Notes: generated from the sequence alone by a model not told the origin. Shown: positions 1 to 8,690, counted from the first letter of the stretch. The stretch: DNA of 64,000 nucleotides from a virus (IMGVR_UViG_3300045922_000503:1-64000); one strand, 5' to 3'. Made by a program: numbers and translations.

Positions 1-26
1 GCAGCGTTGTTGTTGTTGTTAGCCAT
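1..26 (-). CDS. 5' end of a gene running off the window (MANNNNNAA...), probable paralog of 204..500
   Basis: ATG at 26 on the minus strand lies at the same position in the duplicated leader as ATG 500, with the same poly-Asn start. Confidence 0.55.
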
Positions 27-201
27 GTTGCGTTCCCGGTGGGGCAAAGCCGGGTCCTCATTCGTTTTCTGCCCCTCGACTGCGAACCATTCGCAGTCGT
101 ATTCCATAACTATTATGGGCACTTACGGCCCTATTTTAGTGGCGGAAGGCTAAGACCACCCGAAGGTGTAGCCCCCTCCCCTTTGCCAGAGGGGAGGGGG
201 A
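6..201 (-). repeat. Copy 1 of a duplicated structured intergenic/5' leader element
   Basis: Near-identical to 483-639; copy 1 has an extra ~40-bp segment containing a promoter-motif variant. Confidence 0.9.
111..120 (-). promoter_or_regulatory. Promoter-motif variant GCCCATAATA
   Basis: 2 mismatches to GGCCATAACA; followed by hairpin GACTGCGA-ATGGT-TCGCAGTC. Confidence 0.55.
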
Positions 202-203
202 GT

Positions 204-500
204 TCAGGCCCTGGCGGCCGCCTCGGCCGCCAGGGCGGAGGCTCGGGCGGTGGAGGCCCAGGCCTCCACCTGGGCGGCGGAGGACGCGGCGGCCTGGGCC
301 TCCGCCTCCCGGGCGTGCGCCCGGGTGGCCCGGGCGGCGGCCTGGGCGCACCAGGCGGCCCATCGGGCCCTATCCCGGGCGGAGGAGGCCGTCCGGGCAT
401 GGGCCGCCGCCGCCCGGGCGGCGGAGGCCACCGACCGGACGGCGGCGGCCGCCTCCCGGGGGGCGGAGGAGAAGGAGGTGGAGTTGTTGTTGTTAGTCAT
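204..500 (-). CDS. Small Ala/Arg-rich helical hypothetical protein (98 aa, MTNNNNST...)
   Basis: In-frame ATG at 500 within ORF 204..800, immediately downstream of the conserved leader. Confidence 0.6.
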   Translation of the reverse strand: MTNNNNSTSFSSAPREAAAAVRSVASAARAAAAHARTASSARDRARWAAWCAQAAARATRAHAREAEAQAAASSAAQVEAWASTARASALAAEAAARA

Positions 501-639
501 GTTACGTTCCCGGTGGGGCAAAGCCGGGTCCTCATTCGTTGTCTGCCCCTCGACTGCGAATGGTTCGCAGTCATATCTTGTAGCTAAGACCGCCCGAAGG
601 CGTAGCCTCCCTCCCCTTCGCCAGAGGGGGAGGGAGGGA
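483..639 (-). repeat. Copy 2 of the duplicated structured leader element
   Basis: Direct repeat of 6-201 with compensatory stem changes. Confidence 0.9.
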
Positions 640-648
640 CCCCCAAGG

Positions 649-1191
649 TCACCCTTCACACACCTGTCTCCAGGTGGATGTGAAGGTCCCCCCCATGACC
701 TTGGGGTCATACACCAGTGCGTTCGCGCACCAGAAGGTGCGCGACGCATTGGTGTCCTCAGGAGCCAGGTGGGGGTCCCACGGCTCCTGAGGGGACACAC
801 CGCCGCAGAAGGCGGTGACCAGGACGTACCGTCCTGGGATCACCTGCCCGCTGCGGCGGTCGCTGGCGGCGAATGCAATCACCGCCAGCAGGGACGATTC
901 GGGGCCCTCCGCCCCGACCGCAACCCGGGAAGCCCGGGCGCGAGCGGTGCGGAGGGCAAACGTGGTGGGCTCGTCCCAGCCCACCACGTCAGTCGCGACA
1001 AGGCCGCTCCGGCCAATGACGCGACCGAAGTCGACGTCAGTGACCATGAACGACCCGTCGCCGGGCAGGAGGAGGCGTTGCATCGCCTCCTCAATCACCT
1101 TGCCCACCTCAGGGTGGGCGATCAAGTGGTCTTTTGTTTTCGGGGGGACCACCATCACCCCGCCGCACCCTGTGCGGTAAAGATCTTGCAT
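649..1191 (-). CDS. Hypothetical protein (180 aa)
   Basis: GGAGG RBS before ATG 1191 (MQDLYR...); globular-looking sequence. Confidence 0.7.
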   Translation of the reverse strand: MQDLYRTGCGGVMVVPPKTKDHLIAHPEVGKVIEEAMQRLLLPGDGSFMVTDVDFGRVIGRSGLVATDVVGWDEPTTFALRTARARASRVAVGAEGPESSLLAVIAFAASDRRSGQVIPGRYVLVTAFCGGVSPQEPWDPHLAPEDTNASRTFWCANALVYDPKVMGGTFTSTWRQVCEG

Positions 1192-1227
1192 TTGCCCTCC
1201 GTGGGCTTTTGCGACCCCATTGTCGCA

Positions 1228-1617
1228 GTACACGCACTGGGAATCGAACCCAGTCACAGCCGCCAAGGCGTGTAGTTGTCGAGTGCGTACATGATTTGAG
1301 CACGCTTTACCTCTTGCAGCAGGGGCTCGACACCTCCCGTAGAGCTGCAAGGGTTTGCCCTATTGCCGGGCCGGGTTCTCCTTTACCCCTCATGGCGGCA
1401 CGCGGCCACGTCTGGGTGTTGACGCGCCGATCCACGATGGAGATGGGGGGTACACTTCGCGTGCACCGAGCGCTTGTAGCCGCAGGGTCCTCGCTACAAG
1501 CCGAGGCCGGTGTTCAGGGTGTCCGGTCACCCGGGTCATCGAAGATGCGCATGGCGTCTCTTCTCCTCCCTCTGTGTACCTCTTTAGAGGCTCTGGGCTT
1601 GGGACCAGTGCGTGTGC
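1228..1617 (-). ncRNA. Candidate ~390-nt structured ncRNA with tRNA-like 3' end
   Basis: Downstream of motif at 1673-1682; 5' ACACGCACTGG pairs with 3' CCAGTGCGTGT; T-arm CTGGG-TTCGATT-CCCAG near the 3' end; several internal hairpins; no long minus-strand ORF with a convincing start. Confidence 0.5.
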
Positions 1618-1672
1618 TGACCGTCAGCAACGCAGCCACATTGAGGAGCGAGCAGATCAAGGACCTCGCAAG

Positions 1673-1682
1673 TGTTATGGCC
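1673..1682 (-). promoter_or_regulatory. GGCCATAACA putative phage early promoter
   Basis: Exact motif, just after the VWA gene stop. Confidence 0.75.
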
Positions 1683-1684
1683 AC

Positions 1685-3079
1685 TCACGTGCGGGCCTTG
1701 CCCCTGAACTGCTCGAACATCACGCCCCCTGTACCGGCCGCCAGCTTGGCCAGCTCCGGGTTCTTGGACTCCATCGCAAATCCGTGAACCCGGGTACCGG
1801 GGATGTCTGAGGGCTTGACGCCCTTGGCGGAGTTGTCGTCGTCGGTCAGGACGACGACTTCGGGGCGGTAGAGCATGGCCCCGCTGGCGACCTGCTCTTC
1901 TATGAACTTATGGGCAAACTTCACCGCCCCGGCGATGTCAGTACCGCCGCCACTGAAGCTGCCCTTGGTGAAGTCCCGAATGAGGGCGTGCGCCTCCTCG
2001 GGCGTGCTGGCGACGCGGACCCTCGACGAGGACGCGTCAAACACGCTGAGGTAGACCACAGCGTCCCCACTCAGGACCGCCTTCAGCCGGTTCATCACGA
2101 CACCTGTTGCCAGCAGGTGTCGTGATCCAAACATTGACCCGGACCCGTCCAGGGCGATGTAGATCGCCTGCCGGCGCTCTACACGCGTGACGCGCTCCCG
2201 TACCGGCAGCTGACCTGACACCGCCTGGTACAGGAAATAACCCGGGTTCTGCTGACGGGCCGCCCATGCTGTCGCCGGGACCTTTTGCAGTTCGTGCAGC
2301 CCCTTGATCGGGCGCTGACGAACCTCCGACCCCTCTGGGTCGGCCTCCACCTTCCGCTGCCTGCGCACTTGCAGCCTGGTGAAGCGGTCCAGGGTGCGGC
2401 TGACCTCTAGGATCAACCTGGCACCCTCTGGGTCGGCCATCTCCTGCGCGATCTGGGCCTCTTTGAGGTCCGGGTTGTTTTGGTTGGCCGCCCCCGTGGC
2501 CTTTTCCAACATCTCCCGTTCCTCTTCGGTCATGGACTCCACAATGTCCATGACCTCATTGATGTCGGAAGCCGGGTCCGCGGCCTCCGACGAGAAGATG
2601 GGGAGCGGCTGGCCCTCGCCGCTCCCCGAGCCCCCCTTCATCTTGGACAGCATGGCCAGAATGGCCACTGCCTTCTGAAGGGGGGTCGAGCCAGGAGCGG
2701 AGTCGTAGTTGAGCGAGTCAACAAACTCCGTCACCCGGCGGTTGTAGTTTTCCACCGCCATCAGGTGGGCCTTGATGGCGGTGGAATACACTGAGGTTAC
2801 CCCGCCCGACCCCCCGGGGAAGGCTCCCGCGACTGACCGCGGGATCTCCCACCGCGAAGCTGCGGGGTCCAGCTTCGCCTCCACCTCTTCGCGCAGATCG
2901 GCGCGATAGGCGGAGAGGGGGACGGTTTGGCCGCCGGCGGCCATCCGGGCTAGGTCCGTGACTAGGTCACGGCTGTAGCCCTTTAGGCCGACGGCGGCGG
3001 CCGCCTCTTTCATCTCCTCGACCGTGGGGTCGAGGAAGTCCAGAGGCGCTTTAGTCCGCCTTGACATGCTGTCCTCCAT
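1685..3079 (-). CDS. VWA (von Willebrand A) domain protein, ViaA/CoxE-like partner of a MoxR ATPase
   Basis: MIDAS DGSGS (IYIALDGSGSM), GGGTDI, VVLTDD; adjacent to AAA+ ATPase. Confidence 0.85.
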   Translation of the reverse strand: MEDSMSRRTKAPLDFLDPTVEEMKEAAAAVGLKGYSRDLVTDLARMAAGGQTVPLSAYRADLREEVEAKLDPAASRWEIPRSVAGAFPGGSGGVTSVYSTAIKAHLMAVENYNRRVTEFVDSLNYDSAPGSTPLQKAVAILAMLSKMKGGSGSGEGQPLPIFSSEAADPASDINEVMDIVESMTEEEREMLEKATGAANQNNPDLKEAQIAQEMADPEGARLILEVSRTLDRFTRLQVRRQRKVEADPEGSEVRQRPIKGLHELQKVPATAWAARQQNPGYFLYQAVSGQLPVRERVTRVERRQAIYIALDGSGSMFGSRHLLATGVVMNRLKAVLSGDAVVYLSVFDASSSRVRVASTPEEAHALIRDFTKGSFSGGGTDIAGAVKFAHKFIEEQVASGAMLYRPEVVVLTDDDNSAKGVKPSDIPGTRVHGFAMESKNPELAKLAAGTGGVMFEQFRGKART

Positions 3080-3151
3080 GGTGACAGCTCTCCCGGGAAC
3101 AGCCGGGCCTGTGCGCCTCTTGGGGGGCGCTGCCCCGTCTCGCGATCAGAA

Positions 3152-4276
3152 TCAGATCTTTGTTTCGCTGATCGCGAGCTCCTGCAGGCGAACCGCCTGC
3201 TTCTGTGCTTCCGCCCGGGCGGCGCCCACCCGGGCCTTCAGGTCGTCTGGAAGCGACTTGAAAGTCGCTTCCGTTGCCTGAATGAGCCGCTTGGAAGCCT
3301 GTAGAAGCTTGATTGGAGACCCAGAGTTCTGGGCCTCCTTGCCGGCGGCCAGGAGGCCGTTCACCTCCTGGATCCACCGGGACACTACGCCCTCCGCAGC
3401 GGCCCGCTCCGCGGCGGCGGCGATTTCTTCTTCCACCCCGGCAGCCAGGCTGCCGAGGCCGTCCACGAATCGGAGGGCCAGGAGGTCCTCCTTCCGGGGG
3501 GAGCCATGGCCGTTCATCGCCGCCTGGGCGCGGACCACCCCGGCGGCGTGGACCGCTGTTCGGGGCGACACAGGCCGTCCCCCCTCAGCCCCCGCCTTCG
3601 CGAGTAGCTGGGCGAGGACGGGGGTCATGTCCCCGATCTTTGCCCCGGGGACTGCCTCCAGGAGGCGGAGGTAGTCCCCGGCTTCATACTTCTCCCACTC
3701 CACGCGAAGCTGGAGCGGGAACCTCTCAATCAGGGCATGGGCTGCGGGGCCCATGTCGCTGATATCTTCCGGGTCTTTGTTGGTCAGCCCGACGACGACC
3801 CGGGTCTTCATCGGGAACCGCTGCGCGCCCTTCCGCAGCTCCTTCGCGGTGAGGGTGTCCTTCAGGGCGAGAAGGACACTCGTGGGAGCGTCGAACAGCT
3901 CCTCAAACACCGCCCACTCGGCGTTGAGGAAGGACCTCTCCGGGTGGTACCGAAGTACCTTCTCCGTCTCCAGGGCAGTAAAGTCCAGACCGCCCCAGAG
4001 CGTGGCCTCGTCCATGCCCTCTCCGAAGGATTGGACGAATACGTCTGCTGAGGCGGCGGCCACCCGCCCCAGCCCCACGCTGGTCATCTCGCTCTTGCCG
4101 TGGCCAGCGGGGCCCCACAGCAAGAGGTTCTTCCCGCTGGCGATGGCCAGCGCCAACGCCGACGCGAATGCGTCGGCATAGACGAAACCGGCCGCCTCAA
4201 GGGCGGCCAGGATCGTCTGCCTAAGGTTGGCAGAGGAAGAAGAAGAAGAAGAAGAAGCAGAGATGCGCGCGTTCAT
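3152..4276 (-). CDS. MoxR/RavA-like AAA+ ATPase
   Basis: Walker A GPAGHGKS, Walker B-like AVFEE, LTN sensor, ALIERF Arg finger. Confidence 0.85.
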   Translation of the reverse strand: MNARISASSSSSSSSANLRQTILAALEAAGFVYADAFASALALAIASGKNLLLWGPAGHGKSEMTSVGLGRVAAASADVFVQSFGEGMDEATLWGGLDFTALETEKVLRYHPERSFLNAEWAVFEELFDAPTSVLLALKDTLTAKELRKGAQRFPMKTRVVVGLTNKDPEDISDMGPAAHALIERFPLQLRVEWEKYEAGDYLRLLEAVPGAKIGDMTPVLAQLLAKAGAEGGRPVSPRTAVHAAGVVRAQAAMNGHGSPRKEDLLALRFVDGLGSLAAGVEEEIAAAAERAAAEGVVSRWIQEVNGLLAAGKEAQNSGSPIKLLQASKRLIQATEATFKSLPDDLKARVGAARAEAQKQAVRLQELAISETKI

Positions 4277-4367
4277 AGCAACCCCTGCCAGCTATTGCCG
4301 CTGGCGAGCGATGGGCAGGCTATTGGTGCCTGCATGAAGACTGGGAGCCATTCCCAGCTGTCAATGT

Positions 4368-4377
4368 TGTTATGGCC
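4368..4377 (-). promoter_or_regulatory. GGCCATAACA promoter motif plus hairpin CTGGGA-ATGGC-TCCCAG
   Basis: Exact motif ~90 nt upstream of the MoxR ATG. Confidence 0.75.
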
Positions 4378-4433
4378 AACTCCTTGAAACCTAACAGAAA
4401 ACTTCAGTTGATTCCGAAGTTTTCCAGCACGGC

Positions 4434-6050
4434 TCACACGCCCGTGCAGTAGTACAGAGCTTCTCGAAGATCGTAGACGTTCATCTCCGTTCTCCCGCTC
4501 ATGGCCATGCAGGACACCGCCACAGAGAGGATCATCTCTTTATTTCGGCCGAACCGCAGGGCGATCTCGGCCTCCTTCGCAAAGACAGGGTCGCGATCTG
4601 CCTCAGGAAGACCGGGCGCCCGGTGCCCGATGATCTTCCGAGCTTGGCGGACTGCTTCGGCGATCGACGCGCTGGTGCGCAGGCCGAAGTCTCTTGCGTC
4701 GGGTGCCGGGGGCCCATCTGCCGGCATGTGAACCAAGATGGGGCTGGTAGCCGTAGCAGGGGCGCTACAGAACGTTGGGTCTACCTCGTCGAGGGTTACA
4801 GTGTACACGACCAGGGGCCTGTCACTGCGCCTGACATCAGGATCTTGGCGCGTATCCGCAATCCAGCTGTCCCATGCGAGAGGCAGGCTGCCCTTTCCTG
4901 TGGGGGAAGCGGTACCTTCCCCGGATACCTCCTTCGAGAACATGTCCGCTTCGTCCAACAGCAGGATCCCGTGCGCGGCAGCTTCGACCTCTCCGAGGTG
5001 AGCTAACCCCCTTTCCCGCCGCCCGTACATCGCCCGCTTGGTTGCTGTGTAGTGAGGGGCGCGCAGAGGCCGGTGTACCGGGTTCCACTTCCCCCTAAGA
5101 AGCATATCTTGATACTCCTCCAACGTAGGGGGGCTGGTGCAGGAGGGACGGTAGCCCGTCTGCCTGCGTGCCTCAAAGGGCAGACATGCCAGATACCACC
5201 CCAGGTCCTCACCAGAAAGACCTGTTAGAGGGTCCGTTTCCCCGGCCAAGGGTGGCGGGAAGATGCTGGCCATCCTGCTTGCCAGCATGACTCTACCGCA
5301 CCCCCAGTGCCCGCTGAGGATGACGTCGTGTCGCCCGGCGACCGCTACTGCAGCGGCTCTGAGCACCCAAGGGAATAGCCCGACTTTCTTCCCGCTGCCC
5401 GGCGGAATGACACAGATGTCCGCCATGTCTTTCTCATGCAGGAAGGACGTCCGCAAGGACCGCTCTGGCGGGGGGCAGACCGCGGCTAACGCCTCTGGAA
5501 GGCTCTTCAGGTTGTCTACCAGCACCAGATCTGCCATTGCAGTCATCTGGCTGTCGAGCAGTACAGAGGACTTGCGGGGAGAAGGCAGCACGAGCCGTAC
5601 CCGCTCCCCTGTCTCCCTGTGGCGCTGGCGCACCCAGCGAGCCAGTAGGCCGTCACAGCCGCGCATGAAAGCTTCTCCCACCTTATCTATGGCCCCGACG
5701 AAGTAGGTCCTGCTCATCTGGTCCAGGTCGTTAGGGATGATTCCTGCTGCCAGCAGGACTGCCGCTGCTACGGGGAAGCTCAGAACGTCCTCTTCCTTAG
5801 CAGGGACGCTTTCTAGATCCGTATCCGGGTAGGATACGCACGCCTTCAGGTGAAAAGGTCCCGAGAAGCGATGGCCAAAACTGGAGCGCAGAGCGAGCGC
5901 GACTACCTCCGCCAGTTGCTTAGCTGCGTCCTCAGTGTACACCCCTTCTACGCGGAAAGGCTGGATGGCCGGGTCTTGACTCACTTGGATGGGTACCACA
6001 ACCCCAAGGTGGTCAAGGTGAGGAATGACGGCGTTGACGACGGTATTCAT
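4434..6050 (-). CDS. ComM/YifB (Mg-chelatase-like) AAA+ protein, degenerate
   Basis: N-terminal Lon-like region; AAVAVAGRHDVILSGHWGCGRVMLA, RAPHYTAT and GEVEAAAHGILLLDE resemble the YifB motifs. Confidence 0.75.
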   Translation of the reverse strand: MNTVVNAVIPHLDHLGVVVPIQVSQDPAIQPFRVEGVYTEDAAKQLAEVVALALRSSFGHRFSGPFHLKACVSYPDTDLESVPAKEEDVLSFPVAAAVLLAAGIIPNDLDQMSRTYFVGAIDKVGEAFMRGCDGLLARWVRQRHRETGERVRLVLPSPRKSSVLLDSQMTAMADLVLVDNLKSLPEALAAVCPPPERSLRTSFLHEKDMADICVIPPGSGKKVGLFPWVLRAAAVAVAGRHDVILSGHWGCGRVMLASRMASIFPPPLAGETDPLTGLSGEDLGWYLACLPFEARRQTGYRPSCTSPPTLEEYQDMLLRGKWNPVHRPLRAPHYTATKRAMYGRRERGLAHLGEVEAAAHGILLLDEADMFSKEVSGEGTASPTGKGSLPLAWDSWIADTRQDPDVRRSDRPLVVYTVTLDEVDPTFCSAPATATSPILVHMPADGPPAPDARDFGLRTSASIAEAVRQARKIIGHRAPGLPEADRDPVFAKEAEIALRFGRNKEMILSVAVSCMAMSGRTEMNVYDLREALYYCTGV

Positions 6051-6096
6051 GCTGATCTCCTTACGCGGCTGCCGGGCGATTCCAGCAGGGCGCTCT

Positions 6097-6106
6097 TGTT
6101 ATGGCC
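6097..6106 (-). promoter_or_regulatory. GGCCATAACA promoter motif plus hairpin
   Basis: Exact motif ~46 nt upstream of the ComM-like ATG; AAGGAG RBS. Confidence 0.75.
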
Positions 6107-6169
6107 TGCTCCGTTGACCACGGCCCCCTTGCGTGGCATGGTTCAGCAAGATTTCTCCACCGAGGTGGC

Positions 6170-7687
6170 ATGCCGGGCACGAACTTCACCTTCCGTTTCG
6201 ATGTAGACGCTCCTCCGGCCCCGGCTCCGGTCGTCGCAGGAGTCTCATCGTTCTGGGGAGAGTTCGAGGGCTTCGTTTCGCTGCCGGAGTCCAATGATGC
6301 CCAAGGTGGCGTCCGCGATGGAGACACCGCGGTCGTAGACGAGGGCAGTGGCGTCATCGTGACCGTCAAGAACGACGCGAGCGCAGACACCTGGGTGGCG
6401 AAGGAGGTTTCCCTGGGCTCCATGTCCGATCTTACGTCACCGGCAATTGGAGGCGTGCCTGTCATTCAGGACGGAGCCGTGGCCAGGCTCTCTGCCGGCA
6501 GCACCATCCTCACCTACCAGTACCAGGATGAAGAGTGGGTGACACTGGACCCTGTCCCTCGAGTGTGGACAGCAGACGAGGGGGACTTCCCGGATGCTGA
6601 GTGGCCGGTACGGCATGGGGACGTAGGATTCGTGTTCCTCGACGACGCGGAAGGCCTGGTGGCACTTCGGCACGCGGACCCCACGTGGGACATCCTTTTC
6701 GGGGTCGTCAGCTCGACTGCCGGCCTGGCGGCGCTGGAGGACTACGAAAAGATCCCCTACGGCAGCTTCGCCTTGGTGAGCGGGGGGAGCGTGTTTTCTT
6801 TCGACGACCCATGGAACCTGTATGGCTGGGACGGGGACGACTGGGCTCTCATCTCTGAGCCCCCTGCAGGTCCGACGACAAATGTCTGGGCGCTGTCCAC
6901 CCCGTACGAGATTCCTGTAGGCGCGGAGGAAGGCGATGTAGGCTTCTATGGCTCTCTGGGGATGGTACTGCGGTCGCTGTCGCTTCCAGGTGGAGGGTCG
7001 GAGATGATCTGGCTCCCTAAAGAGGTAGACAACGGTACTCCGGTAGTGCGCGCGTACTTGCGAGGCACGGAGGCGACGGGATCATACGCTGCTCAGGGGC
7101 TGGCGGCGGTGACGGCGGGAGGAGGGACGATCACCCCAAATGTAGCCGGGTCAGGCATGACACGGTTCGATTCCAGCTCCGGGGCATCGAGATCGGCTTA
7201 CGCTCAGGTCGTCACGTCTGGAGGCTGGGTGAGCGGCTCCACCAGGGTGTACGTGGTGGGGAAAGTGCGCGCAGCCTCTACCGCCGCCGGCACCGTGGCT
7301 GCCGCGCTCTTTCCTTACTGGTTCAGGAGAACTGGAGGGCCAGACGAGCTCATCATCATGCAGCGGGGCAGTACAGGGCCTGTGTACGCACGGGACGCGC
7401 AGACTGCACTGCCCATCATTGGGAGCCCATCCGGGCCAAATTTGCAGGTCAGGAACGGAGGGTCGGTCTGGGCGGCGCTGGCTGGGTCTGCTGAAGTCGT
7501 GCAGGTCGTCGATTCGGCCCAGGCAGGCGCTTGCGCGGTCTGGCGCAACGGATCCCTGTATCTGACGTCCCGACGCTCGCCTAACGGGGCGGTGTCGGAT
7601 CTTATCGCCGCTGGGGTAATTCATGGGTCGGACGCGAGCGGCGCCTCTCAACTCGACATCGGTGACTGGTTCTTCATCACCTGGTGA
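6170..7687 (+). CDS. Probable virion/tail-fibre-like protein
   Basis: GAGGT RBS before ATG 6170; acidic repeats of GD-x-(A/G)-hydrophobic...W type; beta-rich Gly/Ser C-terminal domain. Confidence 0.5.
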   Translation: MPGTNFTFRFDVDAPPAPAPVVAGVSSFWGEFEGFVSLPESNDAQGGVRDGDTAVVDEGSGVIVTVKNDASADTWVAKEVSLGSMSDLTSPAIGGVPVIQDGAVARLSAGSTILTYQYQDEEWVTLDPVPRVWTADEGDFPDAEWPVRHGDVGFVFLDDAEGLVALRHADPTWDILFGVVSSTAGLAALEDYEKIPYGSFALVSGGSVFSFDDPWNLYGWDGDDWALISEPPAGPTTNVWALSTPYEIPVGAEEGDVGFYGSLGMVLRSLSLPGGGSEMIWLPKEVDNGTPVVRAYLRGTEATGSYAAQGLAAVTAGGGTITPNVAGSGMTRFDSSSGASRSAYAQVVTSGGWVSGSTRVYVVGKVRAASTAAGTVAAALFPYWFRRTGGPDELIIMQRGSTGPVYARDAQTALPIIGSPSGPNLQVRNGGSVWAALAGSAEVVQVVDSAQAGACAVWRNGSLYLTSRRSPNGAVSDLIAAGVIHGSDASGASQLDIGDWFFITW

Positions 7688-7802
7688 GTCATGGAGCAGG
7701 GACAGCAGTACAGCCCGCTATGCCTGGTGGTTGCAGTAGCCGCATCGTGGTGTTTCGTCTCCCTGATCCACATCAGGGAGTGGGCACTTCCAGGAGGACG
7801 AA

Positions 7803-8552
7803 ATGAGAGAATCAGAGGTCGCTACTGAGATCAAAGTCCAGGGGCTGACGGAGGCCCACGGGCTTCTGTGGCAGGCGTACACAAGGCCCTCCTCGCTATC
7901 CCCTGCCTTGGTGAACGGCGTGCGGGTGCACTGTGGGATGACCCCCCTCCCTGGGGCATCACTTCCCAGTGCCAACGCGCTGGCAGAGCACATGCAGCGC
8001 CTTTGGGGAGAGATGGCAGAAGCAAGAGGCTGGCGCCACGTGCCCCTGAAGAAGAACTTCAACCCTCGCCGGAGAGCCAGTGGCCATGAGGCAGGCCAGG
8101 TGATCTGGCATTGGACAGGAGGGGCTGGGGACGCAGTCAGGCTGGGCAACTTCTGGAACGGCGGAGATCGACAGGCCAGCTCCCACGCAGGCGTCGACGA
8201 GCACGGTGTGTGTTGGTACATTCACCCCCTGTGGACCACTTGGCATGTGCCTGGGCACAACAGCTGGTCCATTGGCGTGGACATCTGCGCCCCTCCAAAG
8301 GTCACTCAGCGCAAGGCAGCAGAGGCAAGGGGCATCTACGTTGGCGACTTGGACAGCAAGTGGCTGAAGCTGGACCCTCGTATTGCAGAAGAGGCAGGGA
8401 AGTTCCGAAAGATCCTGGATGTGGCCTGCCCACAGTCTCTGTCTCCATCTACGCACAGGTGGCTCACGCCTAAGTCGCGCCCAGAAGAGCTGCTCCCCTG
8501 GGAGCCAGACATGCTGCGGGCAGGGGCCATTGACGCGACAGGAAGCCCTTGA
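7803..8552 (+). CDS. N-acetylmuramoyl-L-alanine amidase (Amidase_2-like; endolysin candidate)
   Basis: VIWHWTGG, ASSHAGVD, TWHVPGHNSWSIGVDIC, THR; GGAGG RBS. Confidence 0.8.
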   Translation: MRESEVATEIKVQGLTEAHGLLWQAYTRPSSLSPALVNGVRVHCGMTPLPGASLPSANALAEHMQRLWGEMAEARGWRHVPLKKNFNPRRRASGHEAGQVIWHWTGGAGDAVRLGNFWNGGDRQASSHAGVDEHGVCWYIHPLWTTWHVPGHNSWSIGVDICAPPKVTQRKAAEARGIYVGDLDSKWLKLDPRIAEEAGKFRKILDVACPQSLSPSTHRWLTPKSRPEELLPWEPDMLRAGAIDATGSP

Positions 8553-8680
8553 CCTGGTGTTCTCAGGGTGGCGCTGCCGGCATTCACCTCGCGCTCTCCG
8601 GCCCGGTCGAGCTCCGGACCTCGTAAGGTTTCACATCCCAGGTGCGATACGAACCATTCGTAAGCGCCTGTAATCAATAC

Positions 8681-8690
8681 TGTTATGGCC
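8681..8690 (-). promoter_or_regulatory. GGCCATAACA promoter motif plus hairpin TACGA-ATGGT-TCGTA
   Basis: Exact motif, divergent from the copy at 8724. Confidence 0.7.

Noticed and set aside
77-99. LexA (Cheo) box interpretation of CGAACCATTCG
   Set aside because: Spacing does not fit GAAC-N4-GTTC, and equivalent hairpins elsewhere change stem sequence, pointing to structure rather than an operator.
6-639. CRISPR array or terminal repeat
   Set aside because: Only two long imperfect copies separated by a gene; no repeat-spacer periodicity and no cas genes.
1228-1617. Calling the tRNA-like element a tmRNA or a canonical tRNA
   Set aside because: No G3-U70 pair, GGGG 5' end, CCA or credible degradation tag. 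The local 1229-1290 fold is too short and lacks proper D and anticodon arms.
39-1787. Plus-strand ORFs 39..587, 250..1275 and 1134..1787
   Set aside because: Low-complexity shadow frames of GC-rich minus-strand genes and repeats; RBS and promoter evidence favours the minus strand.
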